Shown here in pieces: positions 1 through 13,271 of a stretch of 64,000 nt of DNA; the stretch's first letter is position 1, and the number at the start of each line of letters is the position of its first letter. A program made the position numbers and the translations under genes. The DNA comes from Chara braunii (Eukaryota > Plantae > Charophyceae), in assembly GCA_003427395.1 (NCBI GenBank), contig BFEA01000039.1:825293-889292 (forward strand). The letters run 5' to 3'. Under the pieces are notes generated by a model. That model was not told where the DNA came from. It did not search any database and was given only the letters and a program-made list of their open reading frames with translations.

Positions 1-25
1 TGCGGGTTCTGAGAGAACCAAAACC

Positions 26-253
26 TTGACGATTATCGAAACTTTTCATCGAATGGTAGCTAACACATTTGAGATGGCGGATCTACCGCCCGTGATTGAC
101 CTGTTCGGACGGGAACTCCGACTCATGGATTACCCATGGAGGATAACCCGTGCCACGATACTTGCGTTCATCCGAAACTGCAGGGACGTGGATGTCCGAA
201 ATAATTTCCAGAAGTGCCTTGAAAAGCAAGAAGCACCAAATCGACGGATATAA
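26..253 (+). pseudogene. C-terminal (thumb) fragment of Penelope-like RT from an upstream tandem copy
   Basis: ORF ...FHRMVANT...RELRLMDYPWRI resembles the PLE RT thumb (EL..xGYP-type). It is followed by the same 3' sequence that ends the downstream PLE. Confidence 0.5.
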
Positions 254-581
254 AACTGAAAGTCCGGACGAAAAAAAAACATACACGACTAAGTACTCCG
301 GAATATCACGGAATTTCTGGAGATATAATGACGTAACAGTGTCGCTCACATTTCCAAACATACGAAACAGATAGAAGATGAAAGACCTAAAGCAGTGGAA
401 ACGAACCAATAAATAAAAAGTACTCACCTGGAAATGAATCCACGGCCATGAAAGCAAACAAGAACAGAACAACAAACAAGGCCAGATTCGAGTCAGTATA
501 AAAAAACAGTGGAGTTATAGGCAAGTACCACAGTAAGACGGAACTCCGACAGAGAGGAGAGTACGTGAGTAACACGCACAG

Positions 582-923
582 AATCATTAGATATGATGAA
601 AATAGCTCCAGATTGAAGGCATGTTGGAAATCGACGATGACAAGGACAACACAGAGAACGACTACGGGAGATCCTGAGGATAGATGAGGAGGACACTGCA
701 AGGATAGGGAAAGTGGCGGAGAAGGACTTAGAACGAAGGGTAGTGGTTGAAATGATTACCTAAGCAGTAAGGTAGAAGGGTAATCGTGACTGGTGTCGCA
801 TGCCATGGACATTACGTGTATACTGTGAAAGTAAAACCTCGCACGTTCTGTCTACATTTGCATATATATGTTGTGAAAGTAAAACCTCAAACGTTATGTC
901 TACATTCGCATGTGTTTATCTTT
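582..923 (+). repeat. Direct repeat of the PLE 3' end (pseudo-LTR-like); copy of 5378-5673
   Basis: Near-identical sequence aatcat..gatatgatgaaa..tagctccagattgaaggcatg...catgtgtttatcttt at both places. This copy has an extra internal ~49-bp tandem duplication. Confidence 0.85.
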
Positions 924-1224
924 ATGCACGGTGCTTAGAACTTGCGGGCGGTACCCGCAATGATTGACACTGTATAAACTTGTCACTCTTCCATTTTACA
1001 TTCACTGTCTTTATCTCTCTCTCATCATTGGTAACCCTTTTCTTTCATGATATCATAGTGGCGATTTGTTGGAGATTACTATAGCGTGAAGATTACTCAG
1101 CGATTTTTGGAGATTCTATTTTACTTATCTGGTGTGTACTGAAGACGATCAACGGCGTTGTGGGGTCTTTTATCAATTTCACGTACGAAGACTACCTACC
1201 TGACGTTCCCAAACTTCAAGGAAG

Positions 1225-2430
1225 ATGTCGCGTTCGCGATCATCATCAGACAGGAGGCGGCGCAGACACTCATCATCATCTTCCGGATCTCAAGGGAGGA
1301 AGCGCTCAAGAAGGGGGAGATTGAAACTTCCGACAGATAGAAGACATAAGTCAAGATCACCATCGTCACGGAGAAGAAGGGCGGAGTCAGAATCTCCAAG
1401 GTGGTTCTTGAGACCATTGTGGGAGCAAAGGCGGAATTATTTCCCCCCATCGGAAAATCGAGCATGGTTTACGGCGGATCTAAAGGAATAAATTTTTAAG
1501 CTCCATCGGGAGATGGACAAAGTTCTAAAGACACTGGAGCAACTCACACAAAAGACAAGTGAAACGCAGTCAGCTTCTCCGAACAAGGAAGACACCGCAA
1601 AGAAGCCTGAGCTAATTCCGGACGCGCTCAAGTCCATCATTGATGAAGCACTGAAGCCGACAGAGATGAACCAATGAGGACAGAATCAAGCTGGTCCAAG
1701 CGCAACCGGTCAGAAGAATGCAGAGGCGGAAGATAAAGTAGAAAGGATGGTATCGGAAGTGCAGAAGGAGGTCAACAACTTGAAGCTACTAAAGTATGAT
1801 CTGGCGGTTGTGAAGGGCGCATTGCAGAAGATCAATGAACCGACTCGTATCTGCACTCCGATCGTGTCGTCTTCGGTTCATCCGGACGGATATGTGGGGA
1901 CAATGGCTGAACTACCAACTTCAGTTAATGGTAGCCACAACATTCCGAGTCGAAGCATGCCAAGCAGAAGCGCATCGAACAAAAGCAGATTGGGACGCGT
2001 AATCCCTCCGCACCCCAAGAGAGGACGAACGAAGATTAATCGCAACGTGTCGGCAGCGAAGTCGAAGGCAAAACGGAGCATTAATTTCGAGGTCGAACCG
2101 ATGACGGATATGCAACTCCTTCGTCTTCACTACACGGACCTGAAGGTCTTATGCAAGATGCATGACATCAGGTACAAGGACAAGCCGCAAGCGATTTTGG
2201 CATTGAGGCAAGTTCTTGGATTGATCGCCTACAAGGGGCGGGACTTCAACCGGGATTCTGATCTTGAAACACAAATCATGCCAGATTCAGATAACATCAG
2301 AGTGTCCAATACAACTGGTGGCGACACAAGTGAGGATGATTACGAGAGCCTTCGTACAAGATCAAGCGGGAGTGATGAGTATGACTCATCCGACACATCT
2401 GCGAGCGCCGAAGATTTGTCAGGAAGGTAG
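1225..2430 (+). pseudogene. PLE ORF1/N-terminal region: RS-rich, coiled-coil and SAP-like motif
   Basis: One frame broken by TAA 1489-1491 and TGA 1675-1677. LLRLHYTDLKVLCKMHDIRYKDKPQAILAL resembles a SAP motif. Confidence 0.6.
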
Positions 2431-2529
2431 AAGACACCTTGGCATCAGGCGACCTCACCACGACACAGAAGTGGGAGCAGATACACAGGCTATCAACGAA
2501 AATTGAGCAACTAGTTAGTACAGGGAGTT

Positions 2530-3323
2530 TCACCTTGGTGTAGACATATGTACGTGGGGAGGACAGGAAGACAGCCCGAGAAGAGATGGACTGAACACAT
2601 AAACTTGGCCAAAAATCCAAATAGAGGAGCACAGCGGAAACTATACCGTTGGCTGCACTTCAGTACATGGTAGCCGCAGCATTCCGAGCCGAAGCATGCC
2701 AAGCAGAAGCGCACCGAACAAAAGCAGATTGGGACGCGTAATCCCTCCACACCCCAAGAGAGGACGAACGAAGATTAATCGCAACGTGTCGGCAGCGAAG
2801 TCGAAGGCAAAACGAAGCATTAATTTCGGGGTCGAACCGATGACGGACATGCAACTCCTTCGTCTTCACTACATGGACCTGAAGGTCTTATGCAAGATGC
2901 ATGACATCAGGTACAAGGACAAGCCGCAAGCGATCTCGGCATTGAGGCAAGTTCCCGGATTGATCGCCTACAAGGGGGGGGACTTCAACCGGGATTCTGA
3001 TCTTGAAACACAGATCATGCCAGATCCAGATAACATCAGAGTGTCCAATACAACTGGCAGCGACACGAACTGAGGATGATTACGAGAGCCTTAGTACAAC
3101 ATCAAGCGGGAGTGATGAGTATGACTCATCTGACACATCTTCGAGTGCCGAAGATCTGTCGGGAAGGTAGAAGACACCTCAGCATCAGGCGACCTCACCA
3201 CGACACAGAAGTGGGAGCAGATACACAAGAATATGTTATGATACCCATTTGGACGGGAGTGAGATCAGAGGTGATAGGATGAAGGCAACACTGATTAGGA
3301 GACTGAATCCATTCTTGAATACA
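2530..3323 (+). pseudogene. GIY-YIG endonuclease, split by an internal duplication
   Basis: SPWCRHMYVGRTGRQPEKRWTEH at 2530-2598. The C-terminal part (YVMIPI..., frameshifted to ATLIRRLNPFLN) resumes after 3227. Confidence 0.7.
2657..3227 (+). repeat. ~570-bp duplication of 1918-2487
   Basis: Near-identical DNA and peptide (PSRS..NKSRLGRVIPPHPKRGRTK...). Both copies start with ACTTCAGT. Confidence 0.95.
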
Positions 3324-4350
3324 AGAGGAAAAGGCAGAAAGACTCGGAAAAACCGAACACGAAGAAGGAAAAAGGAGAAGAAGAATGAAAACAATGAGAT
3401 GAATCAGAATATACTTGTTTTTTTTTTAAATCGGTTCGGTCGGGTTACACTACGAAGTTAACATCAATACTTCAACCGAAAGCAATGATTTACTGCACAG
3501 CTGAAAAACTATGGAATGAAAAATGGAAAGTAATTAAACGAACATTCGGATCAAGAATTGTGGAAATTGACAACACAAAGTTCCAGCTAAAAAATTGCAG
3601 AAAACGAATCGAAAATTGATGTATCTTCTATGTGATCCAACTAGTGCATACGGGACTGAAAACAAACAAACATAGAAATATTCTGATTAGCTGCTTGAGG
3701 GCACCATGAAGACGAAGGGAACTGCATAAATTATCGTTAGATGATATACTGATTCTTCTGTCAAAGGTGGATCGATTACCGGAAAGAAGCAAAGACGAAC
3801 AATTAAAGGCATCTTCACACGAATTTCAAAGAATAAGTTTGCATTCAATATCAAGAGAAGGTTGATACTTAGGATTCCATTTAATGTCTGCATTAATCTT
3901 AAGCAAGTGAGAAATACAACAACCGAGTCTATCTTTGAAAACGTAAGTACTAACAATTTGGCAAACGATTTGACAGCTCGGATACATATGATGTTTAAAA
4001 AATCAAAGACAATCGGGGAAATATTACACAATCACAGACAGGTGCTTACACAAGCACCGGACTGTAATTGTGCAGTATCCCGACTTCCAAAAAGTGAGAA
4101 CCACATTGCCTGCAAATTAAGTGAAATCACAGAAAATCAGTTCTTGTGGAATGCAAAAAACGTACCCCATATGAACGAAAGAATTGGAAAGGAATAAATT
4201 AAAATGACAATCATCACTACCATTGCAAGTATACCACGATCACTAAGAAATAAAAAATAAATTAAAATAGATGTCTCTACTTGCATCGAAAAGAAGAATG
4301 CTATAAAAAATTTTCTTCACATATCAGAAGTATGGGAAGTAAAAAGAAGA

Positions 4351-5392
4351 TTGACACACTATATCATATCACCATTGGACATAAATCCTGGAGAAACTTT
4401 TGTGGAATGCCGTAAAATCTGGTACGAGAAAACCCAAATTTTTTTTTCGGAATCGAATCACTACGAAATTATACAACAAACGGAATCTGAGATCACTCAA
4501 TTGGCCAAAAATACATATCATGGATGTGGGTTGAAAAAAATCACAGAATGGGATGAACAGGGATCATATGGAAATGCGTATACAATTCAAAAAAACAAGG
4601 ATATCACCAGACGCCGACCAATTGTGTCGACATATAAGGAGTCATCTCAGAAAGCATCGAAGGTACTATCAAGAGTTATCAACTTCATGTGTCATGCATT
4701 GAAAGTTGGTTTCTCACTAAAAGGAACGAACCAACTACTACCTAGACTGAAGAAATGCAATCAAGTAGCAAAAGAAACATACGGGGATATGACTACGATA
4801 ATCTGCTCCACATACGACGTCAAAGATATGTTTTCGAATCTCGATCACACACATATCGTAAACATCATGCAATGGATTACGAAAACGGCGAAAGAAAAAT
4901 GGAAAACCCACTTGTGTTACAAAATGAGAGGAAAGTACATGAACTTTGGAAAAGCAAACGGAACCTACTGATGAAGAACATTAAAAATTGAGTGTCTAAT
5001 GGATCTGTTGTATTATGACATCAAACACACATACTTCAAACTTCAAAGTACAAGGAACATTATTATGCCAAGTAATGGGGATACCAATGGGGAAGGGCTC
5101 TAGCCCACCCATTGCCAATATGGTATGCGCGTTCGACGAGTACAGATGGTGTGCGCAGACTGAAATTGATGAAAAACTTATCAACGGTATGAGTTTTGTG
5201 GACGATGTAATGATGATCATAATAGCAAGTAAGGAAGATCAAACGAAAGAGTTGAAATGTCTGAAATCTTTTCTAACATGCTACCACCAATCTCTAAAAC
5301 TTGAAATCATATTAGACAACGCGAACATAGAATTAACATATCAGGAAACAAGGGTGACGAAATCAATCAACGAACAAAATCATAAGATATGA
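4351..5392 (+). pseudogene. Penelope-like reverse transcriptase (frameshifted, thumb deleted)
   Basis: Motifs RRRPIVS, TYDVKDMFSNL, QVMGIPMGKGSSPPIAN, SFVDDV across ORFs 4351-4971 and 5015-5392. Confidence 0.85.
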
Positions 5393-5721
5393 TGAAAGTA
5401 GCTCCAGATTGAAGGCATGTTGGAAATCGACGACGACAAGGACAACATAGAGAGATCCTGAGGATAGATGATGAGTACATTGCAAGGATAGGGAAAGTGG
5501 CGGAGAAGGACTGGGAACGAAGGGCATAAATACTGAGGATAGTGGCTGAAATGATTACCTGAGCAGTGAGGTAGAAGGGTAATCGCGACTGGTCTCGCAT
5601 GCCATGAACATTACGTGTATGCTGTGAAAGCAAAACCTCGCACGTTCTGTCTACATTTGCATGTGTTTATCTTTTTTTTTTTTTTTTCTCTCTCTCTTAT
5701 CAACAAATGGAACAAAACTCA

Positions 5722-5722
<1 letters not shown>

Positions 5723-5792
<70 letters not shown>
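5723..5792. repeat. (TC)n microsatellite at the PLE 3' end
   Basis: Directly visible. Confidence 0.95.
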
Positions 5793-5795
<3 letters not shown>

Positions 5796-7401
5796 TTAGC
5801 TCTTAGTCTCATTGATTTGGCTACCTTAGGGCTGCGTTCCCCGCGCCCACGCGGTAGTCAATATTCGAATACAACCTGTACATTTTCTATTCGAGGAAAC
5901 AGTGGTATTCGAGTCGAGAAAAGTGCACCCGCACCGTTTCAATTTCGAAAAAGGCTTAAGGACCGCGGCCTCCTCAGCCTCCTCCGCGCAACTACCGGTC
6001 CTACGCGATCCTGGTCCTTGCAAGGCCCCAAAACCTCAAAATGCCCACCCTCCAGACGACCACGACGTTGAAATGACGTTGAACGTTGAAATGTCTCAGG
6101 GCCGGAAAATGCAACCCTGACGGGCTGCGAACTCGTGTTGTCTTCTAGCCCTCTCAATCAATGTTAATGAAATGGTAGAGGGATCAATACCTCCAGGAGC
6201 ATCTAACTGTGATCATGACCATTCACATTCCCGACTGCAATTTTTTGTCCCATCGGCCATCATTTTCCGAGGTTTGGCAAGCGTTCCCCCGGGCAAACGA
6301 CAAATTTTAGAATTTGAATCCGGGTTACTGATTGTAGCTCGGATCCAAAACTATAAAACCACTACTGACCCTGACATCAACCAAAGCCTACCCTTTTCCA
6401 TGGATTTTTTGAATTTCAAAACTTTAAACCACTACCGGCCAGGACACATCAACCAATGCCTACCCTTTTCGATGCAAGGGGAAAAAAAAAAAAAGGAACC
6501 GAGGAAGAAGCAGGAAGCTAAATCTAGTGCAAATCTACTTGGGAAAAAATCCAGAATAGATGCGAGAGAGGGTCACACACACACACACACNNNNNNNNNN
6601 NNNNNNNNNNNNNNNNNNNNNNNNNNNNNNNNNNNNNNNNNNNNNNNNNNNNNNNNNNNNNNNNNNNAAAAAAAAAAAAAAAAAAAGATGAGTGGTTGAG
6701 AGGGAGGGTCAAATTTGTTTGAAATTACGAAAAAACAAATTGAAGTACGGACAGCTGGAGTCTGTAAGAAGCTGAGGTTCTCCTCCCAACCATCTTACAG
6801 ACCTCCAAATTCGAACCATGAATCAATTGAATGGAAAAGTAATGGCTAACTTTCTATACATGATGCTCTTGCTTATGCTTGCTGCTCTCCCAGGCACCAC
6901 TGCCAGCACCATCTTACCCAAACAGGAATATGTTCAACAAGCACAAAATAATCCTTCTTCCCATATCACCTCTATTTGACCACTTTTAATGCATGCCTCA
7001 AGTGATGCATGTCTTCACTTCTCCTCCCTCCTCTCCCTCCTCTCCCTCCCCTCCCTCCCGTCCTTCACTGCCCTCTTTGATCTCCTTCCGTCCCTCCCTC
7101 CCTCCCTCCCTCGCTCGCTCACTCGCTATACCTCACTTAGCCACTCACAAATTCACTCACTAAGTCACTTACTCATCCCAAATCGATCCAATCAATCACT
7201 CACCAATCTGTAAACCAAGCAATCACATAAACCAATGAATCATTAAAAGGAGGGAACGTGACAATCATTGGAAGTTCTGACAGTGTTGTATCCGACATGG
7301 CTCCAGCTTCATCTTGACCAATCAAGGTGAGGGAATGCTTCGCTGTGCATGCTTTATCTTCACAGCAGATGTGGATACAGCAGATGAGAAGCTAGATATA
7401 A

Positions 7402-7500
7402 ATGAAAGCAACAAATCATCCTGAGCCCAATGGCCAAGCTGAGCAAATAAACCATGTAGCGCAGCACTTGCTTAGGCATTACATCAAGCCGATCCAGCGT
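7402..7500 (+). pseudogene. Ty3/gypsy integrase core remnant
   Basis: HPEPNGQAEQINHVAQHLLRHY matches the HPxxxGQxExxN..LRxY integrase motif. Surrounding frames are decayed. Confidence 0.65.
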
Positions 7501-10500
7501 AAGTCACCTCTCCACTCTGTTCTTCAACGCTTTCTGGGAAGGTCTCCGCGAACCATTATCAACCTCCTACGTCAACATCTTCGCCACCTGCTTCATCCGC
7601 CTGTTCAAAAAACTTGAGACTGCCAACTATCTCCATGGACTTTAGGAGAATGCATCACCCTCAAAGATTTGACCCACAACTGCTCAATCCTGCAATGCTG
7701 AGCTGGGAATCTGCAATGCTAAGCTGTCAATCTCCAAGTACCCATCAGTGGCGAGCTGCAGGCTGTACACTGCAGATGGTTAACCCAGCACGACCAATCG
7801 ATCCCCTGCCACCACCGACCGAATACAACGTACGGTCATTATCGATGCATCTGGTCTGAAAGCTGCCCCAATTACAGCTGTAATGACCTGGTTGTTTTCG
7901 ATGACGGTAAACATCTAGTCTGAAAATTGGCCAGAATACGGTCATGAAAGCTGCCCAAAATACAGTCATCTGTTTTCTTATGGCTATCTTATTTTTTTAT
8001 GTTTTAAATACTGACTTTATCATTTACTAGCCTCTGGCCAGTTGCGGTACCTTTTGTTTTTTTTTTTTTTTTTTTTTTTTTTTTCATCCTTCTGAAGTGA
8101 TTACTGCTTACTGATCAGTGTTATGTTACTTTTTTTTTGCGCCGCGTCGCGTTTGTTCCTCCGTTCGGTTACGTTTCTTGGCCGAGGATATTCTCCGACT
8201 TCCTTGGACAAAAACTTTTGCTATATATGTTTTTATGTTTATTACTATTTTTGTTTTTTTCCAACTACTAGCTTTATCATTGATTTGCTTGAGTGCAGCT
8301 AAAGGATCTTTAAACACATGACTCGGGTCATGTCTCCTGTTCTGCTATCTCTCCCTCCAGATTCTTTGTCCCCCCCCCCAACCAACGACGGGTGTAGATC
8401 GGCGGGGGGAGGCTGACAGTGAAGGGCCAGCCCTGTATGTACAGAGCACGCAGACAGAAAGGGCCCAAAGAGATTAAAAAAACGTGTTCGCTGCGGACTC
8501 AGAAGGTGCAATGAGAGGGACAGCGTTTTGGTACTGAAAGCTGAGCGCAGATAGACGGGGAAGGGGATAAACGAGAGTCACATCTGCTGGATCGGGTTTG
8601 ATTAGTTTGATTTCGATATTGACAAAGACATCTCTTAAACACAACATATCGTCTTTTCGCTGAAATTTGCAACACGTGCCCTTTTTGGTGATGTGTTGAT
8701 CAGATCTAGCACGGTATTGCTGCAGGCGTGTCTTCACATCTGGATCTCCTCAGCTGGTGAGTTTTGTTATGTTTTTTCTTGGCTTCAATGACGGTGGACA
8801 CTGAATCAGGTTTAATTAGTCGTCACTTGGCCTTGTTGTGGTCGCCGAGTGTGAAACCCCCCTCTGCGTTGTTTTTGGCCTAGCCACCGGGGCGCCAATT
8901 CAAAGTTTTATAGCAGGCGCTTCCAGCCGTTGAAGTCTGGCGCCCCGGAAGATGAACTTCGCGTACTGTTGATGGAAATGGCCCGTGGTTGCGGTACGGC
9001 CCAAACACTATGGTGGTTCAGTAGCTGCTCTCTGGTTCTAAAAAAGAAAAAGAACAGAGGGAAACGCCAATTTCACAGTCTGAATATCCAATTGCTGTTA
9101 TAATCTAGAGTCTGAGCATGCGTCACAAAAAAAGGGCCAGGTTCTTTCAGGCTACTCTGGCCGTGGTCTTTGCGTGCTTTGCGCAACCTGTTTAGAATAG
9201 CTATAACTGTCGAGATTTTTTTCGGGCTTCTCGAGGGCATGCTGAATATGTCTATCGCTTTTGCCATTAAACCCTGTTATAACAACTCAACGGTTTGAAA
9301 GGAGGGGGGAAAAAGGGGGGGGGGGGGGCAACTCAATTTGAGTATTCAGCTTCTACCCTGTCAATACGCGACACGAAAACTGGTTGAACGACCAGTTTTC
9401 GGATCTTCCCCGAGGCTGGACAAAGGCGTCTCTTAAACGCAGCATGGCCCGCGGGGGAAAAAGGTGGTCAGAAAAACGGCGAATTTGAATATCCTGCTTC
9501 TGCTATAACAACCCCGACGAGAATGGTGTCGGTCCGACGGCCGAAAGTTACGATGTGCAGCGAACCGGCCAGTGTTTGGCTTGCCCCCACGGCTGACTGC
9601 CACAACGTCCGCGTGGCCGCCTCTGCGAAGGGTTCATAAGAGATGAGTGATGAGAAGGGGGATGCGGCGCATATAGAGCTCATAAAGATCGGGTGGCCAG
9701 CCGTGGGCTGCACCGGACAACCCGGTCGAATCCCGTAGCTGGATTTGTGTATTACTTTGGCCGCTGAACTCTACCACAACAACTAAACGGTTTTGGAAGA
9801 AGAGGAAAGAGGGGGGGGGGGGTGCATACAATACGAATATTCAGCTTCTTTTAAGACAGCCCCAATGAGAATAATGGCGAGCTGACAGCCACGGATAACA
9901 GCCTGCAGCGATGTGACCAGAGTGTTGATACGAGGCAAAGAGACCGACTAAACAACCGATCTTTGACCCTTCTCCGCAGCTGGGCGCAAATGTCTCTTGA
10001 ACACAACATAGCGAGAAGGGGAAAAGGGAGAAACAACACGGCATGTGGAGTGCATGGAGATTGAGTAGCTGCTGTGAGTTAAGCTTTTTTCGAGTGGCTG
10101 ACGTCAGGGATGGGAATTTCAGAGCAGTGATGATATAGATAGGATAGACGAATACGAAGAGTTCACTCAAAATCAAGAGATGGCCACGAGAAGGGTAGCA
10201 AGGGGCCGAGGCAGCGTTGGAGCAATGTTCATGTTTGTACACGTATGGGGGTGAGGCGGGGTTAGATAACTCGGAACTGTTGCAAAAATGCGTGGATGTC
10301 AAATTTTATAAAACAATTGTCATTTTCATCAAGGGAATATGGTGATTGCCGGGAGGGATTGGGCCGGCTGGTATTGCCGTAAGCCTCTTGTAGATTTTTA
10401 CCAGAGGGGCCGGAGTAAAGAAGAAAGAAAAAAGCATGTGTCCCGTATGTATGTTTAATATATGGTTTATTGACCTTCTTTTGTTCTTCTACAAATACTC

Positions 10501-11426
10501 AAACAAAATGGTCCGACGGNGGGGGGNNGGGGGGGGGGGGGGGTACATGGCGTCCGGGACAAACCGACCCTCGTTTGACGTCTGCTTTCTTCGTTTTGTC
10601 CCTTGTTGTGCTNGTGTATTGTGAACANTATTACGCCCGGAAGTTTCCGTTGTTCTGTCTATACACGATGCCCTATGTACGTATTCTGCATAGGACAACA
10701 AAAGCCTTGGAAAATTATATCGCCATGTCCATCAAAACGTCATAAAGCGTGATTACGTTGTCGACCCGCTTGTTTGCGCCATCGAAAACTCTCTTGCCAT
10801 CGATCTATATCTCATTGATGAAGATTTATCTTTCCTGGTGTCTTATTTCCATCGCTTCTTTGTCGACCGCTGTCCGTTATCTGAGCGTCTTAAACCGTTT
10901 GTCCGGAGAGGGGTCATTCGTGATTACCCTCGTCATCGTGCAGTTCCTGAGCCGGGCGATCATGTGACCTTTTTCCAGACCAGAAACCACAGATTATCTG
11001 GCGTCCCTCTGCAGTCTTGTTTTGATGTGGACTTTTGGCATATGCTCATACATCGTGTTCAGACACGCCGTTCAAGAGAGCCCGTGGTTGTCCGGCGCAA
11101 TAACTCACACTGAAAACGTAAGATGAGTTTCCGATTTTTGTACAGTATGGCGCCCTTGCTTTTTGGGGTGCCATTTTCGTGTGATCATTTACATGTATAC
11201 ATCAGGCTGCTTCTTTGATTTTTTCCGACCTTTGTTAGCTTATCCCCATTTCTTTATTCATGGTTGGACAATGTTTCGGTGACAACCGTTGATCGCTGAA
11301 ATTTAATGAAGACGAATTAATGTGTATTGTCTGTCTTTGCTTTGGTGCTCTCCGTATAATAATTGTGTATGCATATCACAGTATGTATGCTCGGCGGCTA
11401 TATATATGTGTTTTCGTCCGCGGGTT

Positions 11427-11430
<4 letters not shown>

Positions 11431-11514
<84 letters not shown>
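11431..11514. repeat. (GA)n microsatellite; others at ~11754-11790, 12237-12280, 12910-12976, 13233-13268
   Basis: Directly visible. Confidence 0.95.
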
Positions 11515-11517
<3 letters not shown>

Positions 11518-11749
11518 GGTGAACGGATGAACGCATCTGATATGCTCCGTTGGCGTGCAACTCTCTGGCATGGTGTTGCCAACAGGGCATACAGACTGCG
11601 GGGGGGGCGTAGCTGGCACGGTCTTTGAATTGTCGACGGACCATCTGAAACCAGAGTTCTGCGCGCTTGATAGGCCATGCGAACTACTAGTAGCATAATA
11701 TGGCACCAGATAGCATAACATATATATATATGTATAAAGAGAGAGAAAA

Positions 11750-11790
<41 letters not shown>

Positions 11791-12234
11791 NNNNNNNNNN
11801 NNNNNNNNNNNNNNNNNNNNNNNNNNNNNNNNNNNNNNNNNNNNNNNNNNNNNNNNNNNNNNNNNNNNNNNNNNNNNNNNNNNNNNNNNNNNNNNNNNNN
11901 NNNNNNNNNNNNNNNNNNNNNNNNNNNNNNNNNNNNNNNNNNNNNNNNNNNNNNNNNNNNNNNNNNNNNNNNNNNNNNNNNNNNNNNNNNNNAGAGGAAA
12001 GGGCCAGTATTTATTCTCACATTATAGTTAAACATTCTGCGTTTATTCGGCCCGTTGATGAAAGCAACTTCTTTTTTGCTTCCTGCATGTATAGCTGGAG
12101 AATGGATCGCATCGCATACTACACATAGTGCGTAGTGTAGCCGGCCGCGAACACAGCATACCATAAGCTATGGTATGAAGTGACCTCGAGCACAGCAAAC
12201 GTAGCGCACAATATGAAATCTTTTTTTTTTTTTT

Positions 12235-12281
<47 letters not shown>

Positions 12282-12905
12282 ATGCTATGCTATTGTGTTT
12301 AGTTTACCTAGGATCACTCTTCTACGGTCGCAGCCTGGGCCAGCAGAGTGGACCCTTGGTTCACTAAGTTCCGAACAAAATACGTCGGGCCTTAGCTCGG
12401 TAGGCATTTATGGGCAGGGGCACAAACCCCTGATATTTGGCAATACGATTGGCGGCGACAAGCATACGGAGCTGTATTTTAACAGTTCGATGACGATCCC
12501 TTACTTACCCTTCTTCTTGGATTTGATAGGTTTATCTGTTTGTTGCAGATCTGATCTGATTGTTCTTTGGTTCTCGTAGGTTGTGCCTGTCGTTTGTGGA
12601 GTTTCTTTTGGTAGTTCATGCTTGATTAAATATGACGGACACAAGACTGTTGTGGTGCCCTGACATTGCACAAATCGGGTGGTTATCCGGTTATGTGCTG
12701 TCGACTGGGCGGTAGATTTGTGAGTGAGAGTGCGAGGGAAGATGTATGTGAGGAAAACCGAAGCTTGAATCGTGTTCGAGTGCTTCAGTGAGACGGGCCA
12801 TGTAAGCAGTGCGATAGACAAACAGTAAAAGAATCGAGCACGTAGGAAGGAAGAGCGTACGTTGTGGAACGGCATTGAAAAGAGCCTACACTGTGGAATC
12901 AGATT

Positions 12906-12979
<74 letters not shown>

Positions 12980-13232
12980 TTGCACCGCGCTGATAGGGAT
13001 TCGTGATACGGTTCAGAGATCTGATCTTGTGATTTCCGCTAGTCGAAAGCAACTTCCGTGAAGTTTCGCGCACATATTGTGTTTTGGGGCGAGCGCGCGT
13101 GAATATATATGTGTGTGTGTGCGGGGGGAGGGGGGTTGGTGGAGGAATTCGGGCTCCTTTATAGCCCTCTCTCTTCTTCACTGCCCCAACCTTCCTCCCT
13201 CTGATGCACGCACGTTTTGGTAACCTGGCAGT

Positions 13233-13271
<39 letters not shown>

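Larger units (their letters stand above)
1025..5792 (+). mobile_element. Penelope-like retroelement, permuted EN-RT order (Naiad/Chlamys-type), degenerate
   Basis: Order is SAP-like ORF1, GIY-YIG, CxC..H linker (APDCNC...NH), then PLE-type RT. It has a direct repeat of its 3' end upstream and (TC)n at both boundaries. Confidence 0.8.
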
